DNA from: Escherichia coli
Lineage (GTDB): Bacteria > Pseudomonadota > Gammaproteobacteria > Enterobacterales > Enterobacteriaceae
Reading direction: 5' to 3' (one strand)
Assembly (NCBI RefSeq): GCF_050920415.1
Contig: NZ_CP169309.1
DNA: 64,000 nt
Shown in pieces: positions 32,934-42,490 of this stretch (position 1 is its first letter; the number at the start of each line of letters is the position of its first letter). The notes under the pieces are model-generated. The model was not told the origin of the DNA. It worked only from the letters and a program-made list of their open reading frames with translations, and made no database searches. The position numbers were made by a program, and so were the translations under genes.

Positions 32934-34355
32934 ATGGTGACTGAGCAAGTAAACTCATTACGCCAGGAACGGGAAGCTGCTGTGATAGGTGGACTCCTGT
33001 TAGGCGGGCTTACTCCTAACGCGCAAGATGTTCTTGCTACGCTCGATCCTGAAGTCTTCACCATTCCACTATATAAACGAGCGTTTGAGATCATCCGGGC
33101 GCAAGCCAGAAACAGAAACCTTATTGACGCGCTGATGGTCGGTGATGAAATCGGTAACGAAAATTTTGTCCCGCTAATGCAAACTGCGCGATCGTGTCCA
33201 TCTGCCGCCAACCTGAAGGGGTACGCCGCGCTATTGCAGGAGGAATATCAGCGGCGGCAAATGCTGGAACTAATGGACGATATACGCTACAACCTGGAAA
33301 CCGGGACACTTGAATCTGTCAGGGAGACGATGAAATATTTTGATTCCCGGTATTCAAAATTAAAGGTAACAAAAGATCAGATTATCCCGGTGCTGTTGCG
33401 CGATGCTGTCCAGGAATACACGGAAGTGCTAAGTAAACGCATGGAGTGTGGCGTGAACTCTGACAACATCAAAACAGGGATTGACCCACTCGACGAAATG
33501 TTAGGCGGCATTAACGCTACTGATCTGGTGCTTATAGCTGGACGCCCAGGGTCTGGTAAATCTGCGTTGGCGTTGGCAATTGCCCGCGCGGCGGCTGAAC
33601 GTCCATACCCTGGCAGCGAAGGTCAACGGGTCGGCGTTTTGCTGTTCACGCTTGAAATGTCGCTCGATCAGATGACTGAACGAGCTATCGCTGGCGCTGG
33701 GAATTTATCAACGGATTGCCTACGTAATCCGGTAAAACTGGATGACGAAGGATGGGCGCACGTTGCCCAGGGGATGAGCGCCCTTGCCGATCTCGATGTG
33801 TGGATTGTTGACGCATCGCAGTTAACGGTTGAGGAAATACGCGCCACCGTCGAACGGATGAAACAGGACCATCCTAATCTTGGAATGGTGATGATTGACT
33901 ACATCGGGTTAATGAAACTGGCTAAGGCCGAACGTCATGATCTCGCCGTAGGGCAATTGTCGTGGTCATTGAAAATGATGGCGAAAGAGTTGCGCGTGCC
34001 AGTGGCGGCGCTGGCGCAATTATCCCGCCGCGTTGAAGAACGACCGAACAAGCGCCCGAACAATTCTGATCTGCGTGATTCCGGTAATCTTGAACAAGAC
34101 GCAGACCGGATCATCATGGTCTACCGCGACGGCTACTACAACGAACAATCAGTTGCCCGCGAATACATGGAGATCATCGTTTCAAAAAACCGTCACGGGA
34201 AAACGGGGACTGTTTACCAGCGGTTTGACGATAACGGCAACATCATTCCATGCGACCAGGCTCGCGCGGCGTCCGCCTGCATCCAGTCAATGCAACAACG
34301 TCCGGCAGCAAGCCGATTCTCCCCACGAAATAACCAGAATAACTCATCCTTTTAA
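32934..34355 (+). CDS. replicative DNA helicase (DnaB family)
   Basis: 473 aa; Walker A GRPGSGKSALAL, Walker B VMIDYIGLM, C-terminal LAQLSR...RPNNSDLRDSG...ADRIIMVYRD motifs. Confidence 0.8.
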   Translation: MVTEQVNSLRQEREAAVIGGLLLGGLTPNAQDVLATLDPEVFTIPLYKRAFEIIRAQARNRNLIDALMVGDEIGNENFVPLMQTARSCPSAANLKGYAALLQEEYQRRQMLELMDDIRYNLETGTLESVRETMKYFDSRYSKLKVTKDQIIPVLLRDAVQEYTEVLSKRMECGVNSDNIKTGIDPLDEMLGGINATDLVLIAGRPGSGKSALALAIARAAAERPYPGSEGQRVGVLLFTLEMSLDQMTERAIAGAGNLSTDCLRNPVKLDDEGWAHVAQGMSALADLDVWIVDASQLTVEEIRATVERMKQDHPNLGMVMIDYIGLMKLAKAERHDLAVGQLSWSLKMMAKELRVPVAALAQLSRRVEERPNKRPNNSDLRDSGNLEQDADRIIMVYRDGYYNEQSVAREYMEIIVSKNRHGKTGTVYQRFDDNGNIIPCDQARAASACIQSMQQRPAASRFSPRNNQNNSSF

Positions 34356-34434
34356 TTAACTTGAGCAAACGGCTTACCGGAAAGTTGATCTCTTTCTGGT
34401 GGCTGTTTTCGCGCTTAAAACGAGGCGAAAAACA

Positions 34435-34992
34435 ATGAGCATTGAACTTGAAACAAAAGTTATCAATATCCTTGAACTGGACGGCATCGCAACAATGCAC
34501 CAGCTACGCCAGAAAACCGGATTATCAGCGGAATATGACGAAGCCGGATGTTTGCCTGAGACAATTAAACACTTGATTGATACTGGTATTGTCGAGCGTG
34601 TATATACATATTTCGGACCGCGCCGCAGATTATTGGGGTATCGAATTAAATATTTGTATGCACAACGTCGTGATCGTGTGGCGGCGTTATTTAGTGACTA
34701 CAGCGTTAAGAAGCGTATGCGTGACATTAGCGCGGAAACTGGTATCCCGTGGAATTACCTGTCGCGCACGCTGCGTTTAATGGTACTTGATGAAACGCTT
34801 TGCATAGACACCAATAAACACGGCCTTAACTTTTACTCACTGTTTAAACCTGGTCGCTTTGGTCACGCTAATGATCTCGCGTTTGATTTTGACAGCCGCC
34901 TGAATGAATACCGGAAAAATAACGGCCTGTTACCGGATAAACCAGTATTTGAGATCGAAAAACTTAACGGTGAAACGGGGTTAGAATTATGA
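34435..34992 (+). CDS. hypothetical protein (N-terminal winged-helix-like)
   Basis: About 185 aa starting MSIELETK; unknown function. Confidence 0.35.
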   Translation: MSIELETKVINILELDGIATMHQLRQKTGLSAEYDEAGCLPETIKHLIDTGIVERVYTYFGPRRRLLGYRIKYLYAQRRDRVAALFSDYSVKKRMRDISAETGIPWNYLSRTLRLMVLDETLCIDTNKHGLNFYSLFKPGRFGHANDLAFDFDSRLNEYRKNNGLLPDKPVFEIEKLNGETGLEL

Positions 34993-35195
34993 GACGGGTA
35001 ATCTTTTATTCAGTTGAAACGTTTGTCGACGATACGCGCGTTTATTATCCGTGGGAAGTATACGACGCAAAGGTGTATACACCGCCACTGATGCGGAAAT
35101 ATAAACACGTAAAATTTAACCGGGTTTTTGTGCCAATGCGCGATGCATTGCGGGCGCTGCGCGGGGAATTACGAAACACAATGCGGATTGTGTAA
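34989..35195 (+). CDS. hypothetical protein
   Basis: 68 aa, 4-nt overlap with the upstream gene. Confidence 0.35.
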   Translation: MRRVIFYSVETFVDDTRVYYPWEVYDAKVYTPPLMRKYKHVKFNRVFVPMRDALRALRGELRNTMRIV

Positions 35196-35206
35196 GGAGG
35201 GGATTA

Positions 35207-35403
35207 TGAACAAGGATTTAGAATTGACCGTGGAGGATTTAAGCACGATTGCGGAATACATGCGCGGCGATGATCCTGATAAACCTGTCACTGTTGACAT
35301 GAAATATTTAAAAGGCGCTTACATGACAAGCTCGCGGCTAATTTCTTTGCAGGCGATTATGTATGCGCGGGCGCAATGGAAAAATAGCAACGGTGTATTA
35401 TGA
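35207..35403 (+). CDS. hypothetical protein
   Basis: 65 aa starting MNKDLELT with an AGGAGG SD; overlaps the ninB start. Confidence 0.4.
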
Positions 35404-35831
35404 GGCAAATTAGATTTGAAGTAGTTAATGACGCCGTGAAAGAAAATGCTATCAGGCAGATAAGGGAAATACAGCCTGATAGCAAAAGCCCGCTGATAAT
35501 TACCATCCAGGAGAAAACCCGCTCACTAAGCCAAAATGCGTTGCTTTGGGCGCTGCTAACCGACATTAGCGATCAGGTTAATTGGTACGGCAAGAAGCTG
35601 TCTCCGGAAGACTGGAAAGCGGTATTCACTGCCGGACTTAAGAAATATGGCGTCGTCCCTAACCTGGATAAATCCGGCTTCGTTGTATTGGGAACGTCTA
35701 CAAGCCGGATGAGCAAATCGGAATTCAGTGAACTAATCGAATTAATTTACTCGTTCGGTGCTGAACATAATGTCCAATGGTCGGGTGATACGAAATTAAA
35801 TGAGGAATTCATAAAACGCTGGGGGCAATAA
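35400..35831 (+). CDS. ninB: NinB recombination protein
   Basis: 143 aa; IQEKTRSLSQNALLWALL...VPNLDKSGFVVLGTSTSRM closely parallels lambda NinB. Confidence 0.75.
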   Translation: MRQIRFEVVNDAVKENAIRQIREIQPDSKSPLIITIQEKTRSLSQNALLWALLTDISDQVNWYGKKLSPEDWKAVFTAGLKKYGVVPNLDKSGFVVLGTSTSRMSKSEFSELIELIYSFGAEHNVQWSGDTKLNEEFIKRWGQ

Positions 35832-36007
35832 TGGCGCGTTATTATATGGCTAAACCTACCGGAATTTTGTATAAGGTTGATGGCGAATACGTTTTTTATT
35901 TTCACAACCAGGCGCGAGAGTGGCGATTGTGTCACGCGCACTTTCAGCACGAAATAGAAAACCACCCTGAATATTTTATTAAGGTTGACAATGTAACGGT
36001 GGCGTAA
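35831..36007 (+). CDS. hypothetical protein (58 aa, not in the ORF track)
   Basis: ATG overlaps the ninB stop (TAATG). Confidence 0.35.
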   Translation: MARYYMAKPTGILYKVDGEYVFYFHNQAREWRLCHAHFQHEIENHPEYFIKVDNVTVA

Positions 36008-36022
36008 CTGAGGATAGGCAAA

Positions 36023-36667
36023 ATGAATAAACTTAAAGCAATTGGCGTAATTCGCCATCGTGTAGACCCGGACTACCCTTCTTTTGAGGTTGCCACATAC
36101 CGCAACGAATACCAATATGGATCATCTTTCCTTGTGGGTGTTCGCGCTGATACTGGCGGCACTTATTCAGTTATGGCGGCTTCATGTGTTTTTGAAGAAT
36201 ATAAAAATATAGATGATGACGGCATGAATAAAGAAAGCGAAATTATTGATGAATTAATCGAAGATGAGCGGCATGATTGCGATGCGCCGAAAGTCACGGA
36301 ATGGAAACCAGGAGAAAAGCCTCCGTGCGGCGTGTGGCTTGATTGTTATTATCCTGATGGCTATCACATTGGGATTTTAATGTTTAAATTTATCGGTGAT
36401 AAATACGGGGTATACACAGAAAAAGGCAGTATACAGAAAGAAAATGCTATTGAATGGGGTTTTTATAATTATTATTTATACGTTGATCCGAAAGAAAAAG
36501 CACTGGCACAAATTGCGTTTGCGTTGGCTGCTAAGGTTATTGGTGAGGATGCGGCAGGAGAAATAAATTTCAATCGTGATAATGATTATTCGCGTGATTA
36601 TCGGAATATGGCAAAAGCCATTATTAATGGGGATATCCCGCTAACTAAATATAACGGGGATAAGTGA
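36023..36667 (+). CDS. hypothetical protein
   Basis: 214 aa; GAGG SD; unknown function. Confidence 0.4.
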   Translation: MNKLKAIGVIRHRVDPDYPSFEVATYRNEYQYGSSFLVGVRADTGGTYSVMAASCVFEEYKNIDDDGMNKESEIIDELIEDERHDCDAPKVTEWKPGEKPPCGVWLDCYYPDGYHIGILMFKFIGDKYGVYTEKGSIQKENAIEWGFYNYYLYVDPKEKALAQIAFALAAKVIGEDAAGEINFNRDNDYSRDYRNMAKAIINGDIPLTKYNGDK

Positions 36668-36897
36668 TGGATAAAACCGCGACATTGTTATTGACTACGG
36701 CACGAATAAGGGAAATGCTCGGAGGAATAAGTAGGACAACATTCAGAGTATGGAAAATGAAATGGGAAGCGGCTGGAACACCATTTCCTGAACCGCTTCA
36801 CGAATTATCAACTACGTCGCGCCCTGTATATCGTTATCAAGATGTAATGCAGTTCTTTAAGTCAGTAGGCTTGCTTTCTGATACTGATAAAACGTAA
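36664..36897 (+). CDS. AlpA/Xis-family DNA-binding protein (putative excisionase)
   Basis: 77 aa; IREMLGGISRTTFRVW...FPEP...RPVYRYQDVMQFF fits the AlpA-type HTH pattern; adjacent and convergent to the integrase. Confidence 0.55.
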   Translation: MMDKTATLLLTTARIREMLGGISRTTFRVWKMKWEAAGTPFPEPLHELSTTSRPVYRYQDVMQFFKSVGLLSDTDKT

Positions 36898-38057
36898 TTA
36901 GCCCATAATTCCGCAGCGTCTTTCTGTTCTTCTACATAATCATATCTGTCATAAACTCCTAATACTCCGCCCAGGGTATGGCCCAACATTTTTTCGGCTA
37001 CCTGGGCGGTCACGCCTAATGCCGCTAAATGCGTGCGGCACGTCCGGCGCAAATCATGCGCAGTAAAACCCGCCTTAAATCCAATTTCATTACTAAGCCT
37101 TGTCGCTAGTCTTGTGCACACAGCTTTATCCATTGGTTTACCATCCAGCGACAATACCGCAGGGAAAACTATGTCGAAGTTGTGACAATTAAACATCATG
37201 CTTAATAGCTCGACGCTTAACGTTGACAGGCCGCGCGTAAACCGCTTTTTGTTTTTGGATAGTTCCGCAGGAATATTCCATACCCTGTTATTGAGATCAA
37301 AATGTTCACGCTTTGCTAGCCTCAATTCTACCGTCCTGCATCCTGTTAATAGCAGTAGTCTGAAGAATGTCATATTGGCCTTAGACATAAAATCGCCAGT
37401 CGTAAAACGCCAGAATTCCCCTACTTCCTCGCCAGATAAATATCTGTCGATCTTGCGCGGCGGTTTGCCAACGTCTTCCACTCGCAACAAGCGGATCTCG
37501 TTGTCTTTTACTATCCCTTTCCTTTGCGCCATAGCGACAATGGATTTCATGCGTCGTAACATCGCGCCAGCCTGTACCGGATGGCCCGCTTTCGTTATCT
37601 CTGAGAATATTGCCTCCCACGCCCTTGCGTTAATGTCATCCACAATAAAATCGCCATACCTCTTGATTATGTGCTTTTGTAAGTTTTGCTTGATCTCTTT
37701 GTATCCCTTAATTTCCCTGGTCGTCTGTTTATTAAGATAGTTGTTAACGATATCGCTAACGGTTGCTCTCGCCCTCGCCTCTTCAATGCGCTGCTTCTTA
37801 GCAAGTCCGGGATCTTTGCCGTCTGCTAATATCGCCTTGCACTCAATTACCGCTAGCCTGGCTTCCTTTAGCGTCATTATGCCATAGTTGCCTAGCTTCA
37901 TTCTTTTAGGCTTCCCGTCATACCTGTAGCGATACTGAAACGTAATTACGCCTTTCGGGCTTACCCTTACTGACAGACCGCCGCCATCCGGGATCTCGAC
38001 CGGACCATCATAACTTTTACCGTGGATGCTTCTTAACTTAGTGTCAGATAACGCCAT
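36837..38057 (-). CDS. tyrosine-type site-specific integrase (P4-like)
   Basis: 406 aa; C-terminal catalytic region with HDLRRT and LGHT...Y; lies at the prophage-chromosome junction. Confidence 0.8.
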   Translation of the reverse strand: MALSDTKLRSIHGKSYDGPVEIPDGGGLSVRVSPKGVITFQYRYRYDGKPKRMKLGNYGIMTLKEARLAVIECKAILADGKDPGLAKKQRIEEARARATVSDIVNNYLNKQTTREIKGYKEIKQNLQKHIIKRYGDFIVDDINARAWEAIFSEITKAGHPVQAGAMLRRMKSIVAMAQRKGIVKDNEIRLLRVEDVGKPPRKIDRYLSGEEVGEFWRFTTGDFMSKANMTFFRLLLLTGCRTVELRLAKREHFDLNNRVWNIPAELSKNKKRFTRGLSTLSVELLSMMFNCHNFDIVFPAVLSLDGKPMDKAVCTRLATRLSNEIGFKAGFTAHDLRRTCRTHLAALGVTAQVAEKMLGHTLGGVLGVYDRYDYVEEQKDAAELWANYVLSVSESKPTDLKNCITS

Positions 38058-38404
38058 AATCGCCCCTTATTTGGTGCACAACATGGTACACAAATCATGG
38101 TTTACGCAATATAACGCAAAAGCGCGCTTGTTTACAGCGAAAACCAGTAAATCTACTAAATTCATGGCGTTAGGGGTGATTTTGCTTGCGTATGTTTACG
38201 CTTGTGCGCGGTATGTAGCATTAGAAAGAGAAATGCTGCTGACCAACAGCGCACAACACGTGACTGAAACAGAGTGCTTCATAAGTTACCCTCAAACCTG
38301 CGTTAATAATCATGCGTAATTATTTGTTTCGCCTTAAAGAAATGCAAACAACTTCCGGCAAAAAAGTGATACGAGATCGATAACATAGCGTTGAAGAAAA
38401 GGAT
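38058..38404. mobile_element. prophage right attachment junction (exact att core not determinable)
   Basis: Non-coding region between the integrase 5' end and host mpaA; no tRNA recognised. Confidence 0.35.
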
Positions 38405-38464
38405 TTGATAATCCGCAAAATTTGCACAACACTGCCTGTAATACTTCCTGAACCAGAGACGATC

Positions 38465-39193
38465 ATGACCGTAACTCGCCCACGCGCCGAACGCGGCGCA
38501 TTTCCGCCCGGTACAGAACATTACGGACGTTCATTATTGGGCGCGCCTTTGATCTGGTTTCCGGCCCCAGCCGCCAGTCACGAAAGTGGTTTGATTCTGG
38601 CTGGCACCCACGGTGATGAAAACTCTTCGGTCGTGACCCTCTCCTGTGCTCTGCGGACATTGACACCTTCTTTGCGCCGCCATCATGTGGTGCTGTGTGT
38701 GAATCCTGACGGCTGCCAGTTAGGGTTACGGGCCAATGCTAATGGCGTGGATTTAAATAGAAACTTTCCGGCAGCAAACTGGAAGGAAGGTGAAACGGTT
38801 TATCGCTGGAACAGCGCCGCTGAAGAACGTGATGTCGTTTTACTGACAGGTGACAAACCTGGCTCCGAACCTGAAACTCAGGCGCTGTGCCAGCTTATAC
38901 ATCGCATTCAACCTGCCTGGGTGGTCTCATTCCACGATCCACTGGCCTGTATTGAAGACCCCAGACACAGCGAATTAGGTGAATGGCTGGCCCAGGCGTT
39001 TGAATTGCCACTGGTAACCAGCGTCGGTTATGAAACGCCTGGCTCTTTCGGCAGTTGGTGTGCAGATCTGAACTTGCATTGCATCACCGCAGAGTTTCCG
39101 CCCATCTCCTCCGACGAAGCCAGCGAAAAATATCTCTTTGCGATGGCAAACTTGCTGCGCTGGCATCCTAAAGATGCAATTCACCCGTTGTGA
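38465..39193 (+). CDS. mpaA: murein peptide amidase A
   Basis: 242 aa starting MTVTRPRAERGAF, matches E. coli MpaA. Confidence 0.8.
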   Translation: MTVTRPRAERGAFPPGTEHYGRSLLGAPLIWFPAPAASHESGLILAGTHGDENSSVVTLSCALRTLTPSLRRHHVVLCVNPDGCQLGLRANANGVDLNRNFPAANWKEGETVYRWNSAAEERDVVLLTGDKPGSEPETQALCQLIHRIQPAWVVSFHDPLACIEDPRHSELGEWLAQAFELPLVTSVGYETPGSFGSWCADLNLHCITAEFPPISSDEASEKYLFAMANLLRWHPKDAIHPL

Positions 39194-40133
39194 ACTGAAG
39201 CGCCGGTTCCACATCTACCGCCAGCCAGGTCGGTCCGTCAAGATCGGCGAAACTGACCTGCGGCACCAGCGGTAAAGCGGCGCTAATGGCACGAGAGGTA
39301 CACAACATGCAGCCCAGCATCAGACTAAAACCTTGTGCACGTGCTTCAGTCGCCAGCGCCAGCGCTTCCGTCAGGCCACCCGTTTTATCGAGCTTAATGT
39401 TAACCATCTCATAGCGCCCTTGCAGCGCCTTCAGATTGCTACGAGTATGACAACTTTCATCTGCACAAATCGGTAACGGATGAATAAAATTCTCCAGTGC
39501 CGCATCGTCCTGCGCAGGAAGCGGTTGTTCAAGCATCGCAACGCCTAAATCCGCCAATAGCTGGCAACGCGCCGCCAACCCTTCTGAACGCCAGGATTCA
39601 TTTGCATCAACGATCAGCGTCGCATCGGGCACAGCTGTGCGAATTGCCACCATCCGCTCACTGATAAGATGGTTATCCAGCTTCACTTTCAGTAATTTCG
39701 CGCCTGCCTGCCAGAGTGTTGATGCACTATTGGCCATCTGATCAGGCGTACCGATGACTACCGTCTGGGCAGTGGTGACTGTCTCGGGAAGCGTTATGCC
39801 GATCAAATCAGCCAGCGATTGCTGCTGTTTTCGCGCCGCCAGATCCCACAATGCACAATCCAGCGCATTACGTGCTGCGCCGGCAGGGAGAATTTTTTGC
39901 AACTCCTCCCGTGTCAGCCCTTTCTCTAATTGCGGCACGACGCTCATAATTTGCGCCATTACCGAGGCATCACTTTCTCCATAACGCGGATACGGCGTGC
40001 ATTCACCGGTGCCTTTAATACCTTCTTCTTCCAGTTCAACCACCACCACGCGCGCTTCACTACGACTTCCCCGAGCAATCACAAACGGGGTATGTAAGGG
40101 CCAGGCTTCCTCAAATACCTTAACGGTTCTCAT
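39168..40133 (-). CDS. ycjG: L-Ala-D/L-Glu epimerase
   Basis: 321 aa starting MRTVKVFEEAWPLH, enolase-superfamily; conserved neighbour of mpaA and tpx. Confidence 0.8.
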   Translation of the reverse strand: MRTVKVFEEAWPLHTPFVIARGSRSEARVVVVELEEEGIKGTGECTPYPRYGESDASVMAQIMSVVPQLEKGLTREELQKILPAGAARNALDCALWDLAARKQQQSLADLIGITLPETVTTAQTVVIGTPDQMANSASTLWQAGAKLLKVKLDNHLISERMVAIRTAVPDATLIVDANESWRSEGLAARCQLLADLGVAMLEQPLPAQDDAALENFIHPLPICADESCHTRSNLKALQGRYEMVNIKLDKTGGLTEALALATEARAQGFSLMLGCMLCTSRAISAALPLVPQVSFADLDGPTWLAVDVEPALQFTTGELHL

Positions 40134-40251
40134 CTTTACTCCTTGTTGTCGCGGTGGTCTGCAGATTAAGCGCAAATAGCGTTTGCTGTGTTATTGACAG
40201 TTAGCATAAACTAGGTGTGACGTTAACTATATGTAAACAGGAAAGATAATC

Positions 40252-40758
40252 ATGTCACAAACCGTTCATTTCCAGGGCAACCCGGTTACAGTCGCCAATT
40301 CCATCCCGCTGGCGGGTAGCAAAGCGCAGACTTTTACTCTCGTGGCAAAAGATCTGTCTGACGTCACCCTCGGTCAGTTTGCGGGTAAACGCAAAGTGCT
40401 GAACATTTTCCCGAGTATTGATACCGGTGTTTGCGCCGCATCAGTACGTAAGTTTAACCAACTGGCAACCGAGATCGACAACACCGTTGTGCTGTGTATC
40501 TCTGCTGATCTGCCGTTCGCCCAGTCTCGTTTCTGCGGCGCAGAAGGTCTGAACAACGTTATCACCCTCTCCACTTTCCGTAACGCTGAATTCCTGCAAG
40601 CCTACGGTGTGGCAATTGCTGATGGCCCACTGAAAGGTCTGGCAGCGCGTGCCGTTGTGGTTATCGATGAAAATGACAATGTGATTTTCAGCCAGCTGGT
40701 TGATGAAATCACCACCGAGCCGGATTACGAAGCAGCTCTGGCTGTACTGAAAGCATAA
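40252..40758 (+). CDS. tpx: thiol peroxidase
   Basis: 168 aa, matches E. coli Tpx. Confidence 0.9.
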   Translation: MSQTVHFQGNPVTVANSIPLAGSKAQTFTLVAKDLSDVTLGQFAGKRKVLNIFPSIDTGVCAASVRKFNQLATEIDNTVVLCISADLPFAQSRFCGAEGLNNVITLSTFRNAEFLQAYGVAIADGPLKGLAARAVVVIDENDNVIFSQLVDEITTEPDYEAALAVLKA

Positions 40759-40764
40759 GTTAAT

Positions 40765-40793
40765 ATGCCTGATGGTGTTGCACCATCAGGCAT
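40765..40793. terminator. bidirectional terminator hairpin between tpx and tyrR
   Basis: ATGCCTGATGGTG-TTGC-ACCATCAGGCAT perfect palindrome. Confidence 0.6.
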
Positions 40794-40801
40794 ATTCGCG
40801 C

Positions 40802-42343
40802 TTACTCTTCGTTCTTCTTCTGACTCAGACCATATTCCCGCAACTTATTGGCAATCGCGGTATGCGAAACGCCGAGACGTTTTGCCAGTTTGCGCGTGCT
40901 GGGATAATTGCGATAAAGCTGACTTAATACCGAGCGTTCAAAACGGCTGGTAATTTCGTCCAGCGAACCTTCCATCGCATCTTCGCCCACGGCTACCGTT
41001 GCGGCGTCATAATCCGGCAACAAAATATCCTGAGGACGCAGCTCATAGCCGTCCAGTTGTGTCAGTGCGCGATAGATAGCGTTCTTTAACTGCCGCACAT
41101 TTCCCGGCCACGCATAACGCGTAAGTACAGTATTCAGGTCAGCGGCCAGTTTCGGACGCGGCACGCCCTGCTCGTCGGCAAAGCGGGCGACGAACAGCTC
41201 GGTTAACGGCATGATGTCCTGCGGACAGTCACGTAACGGCGGCAGATTGAGCGTCAACACGTTCAGACGATAATAGAGATCTTCACGGAACACGCCTTTT
41301 TGCACCAGTTCGACCAAATTCTTCTGCGTAGCGCAAATAACCCTTACATCGACATGCACTTCATGATCTTCACCAACTCGACGGAAAGTACCATCATTAA
41401 GGAAACGCAGTAATTTCGCCTGCATCCTTGGCGACATCTCGCCTATCTCATCTAACAGCACCGAACCACCGTTCGCCTGCTCAAAGAACCCTTTTTTACC
41501 TTCCGGAGCATGACCAAACAGTTCACTCTCGACCGCATCTTCCGGTATAGACGCGCAGTTCAGCGCCAGATAAGGTTTGCCCGCTCGTGGGCTTGCCTGA
41601 TGGCAGGCGTAGGCAAAGAGATCTTTACCTGTACCGGTGTCACCCGTAATCAGCAACGGCGCGCTTAGCATCGCCAGTTTCTGCGCCTGTTCGACAACAT
41701 GCTTCATTTTCGGGCTGACGGCGACAATTTGACTGAAGGCACTGACGTCCTGTGCAGCGACATTCTGCAACTGACGACCCATACGAATCGTCGAGCGCAA
41801 CATCACCACCGCACCGGTCAGAACGTGTTGATCATTTTCATCCTGAAGATAAACAGGCGTAATCTCCATCAGGAAATTCTGCCCATTAATAACGACATGC
41901 TCGTTATGCGAGTCTTGCGGTTCGCTTTCCAGCCAGCGTAAAAAATTAAAGCCGTTAATTAATTGCGCGGCGGTATGGTTGCGCAGGCGATCCAATTTTT
42001 GCCCAAAAAGCTGACAGCTCGCCGGGTTCGCCATATCCACTTTGCTTTTCATATCAACAGAAAGCACAGGCTCAGGCAACGCCTCCAGTAACGCGCTCAA
42101 CGCCAGATGCTCACGTTCGGAAGGCATCCACGGAACAGTGCGCACATCGGTAACACCTGCAATACGGCGTATTTCGGCCATCAGACTGCTGAAACTTTCA
42201 AATTCCAGTTCGGCAAAATTGAGGTAGATTCGCCCAATGGGGTCAATCTCAATACCGCGTAAATCAATACCTCTTAGCACGAGTAGATCGAGTAATTCGC
42301 GGGTCAGACCGAGTCGGTCTTCACAAAAGACTTCCAGACGCAT
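40802..42343 (-). CDS. tyrR: transcriptional regulator TyrR
   Basis: 513 aa starting MRLEVFCEDRLG; sigma-54-type AAA+ core and C-terminal HTH. Confidence 0.9.
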   Translation of the reverse strand: MRLEVFCEDRLGLTRELLDLLVLRGIDLRGIEIDPIGRIYLNFAELEFESFSSLMAEIRRIAGVTDVRTVPWMPSEREHLALSALLEALPEPVLSVDMKSKVDMANPASCQLFGQKLDRLRNHTAAQLINGFNFLRWLESEPQDSHNEHVVINGQNFLMEITPVYLQDENDQHVLTGAVVMLRSTIRMGRQLQNVAAQDVSAFSQIVAVSPKMKHVVEQAQKLAMLSAPLLITGDTGTGKDLFAYACHQASPRAGKPYLALNCASIPEDAVESELFGHAPEGKKGFFEQANGGSVLLDEIGEMSPRMQAKLLRFLNDGTFRRVGEDHEVHVDVRVICATQKNLVELVQKGVFREDLYYRLNVLTLNLPPLRDCPQDIMPLTELFVARFADEQGVPRPKLAADLNTVLTRYAWPGNVRQLKNAIYRALTQLDGYELRPQDILLPDYDAATVAVGEDAMEGSLDEITSRFERSVLSQLYRNYPSTRKLAKRLGVSHTAIANKLREYGLSQKKNEE

Positions 42344-42490
42344 GGGAACCTTCACCTGAAAAAAGAACAATTAATATGATGATATGACACTATTTGGATA
42401 GCAGGAAGGTTTCTGTCAACAATCATTGACACAAAGACGGAAAAACGGGCACTTCGGCGTAAAGATATCCGGTCAGCACCCGATATTGCA

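Noticed and set aside
38026-38319. 97-aa plus-strand ORF at the prophage-host junction
   Set aside because: Overlaps the integrase 5' end and the att region with no SD; possibly a remnant of a disrupted host small gene but not supportable as a gene.
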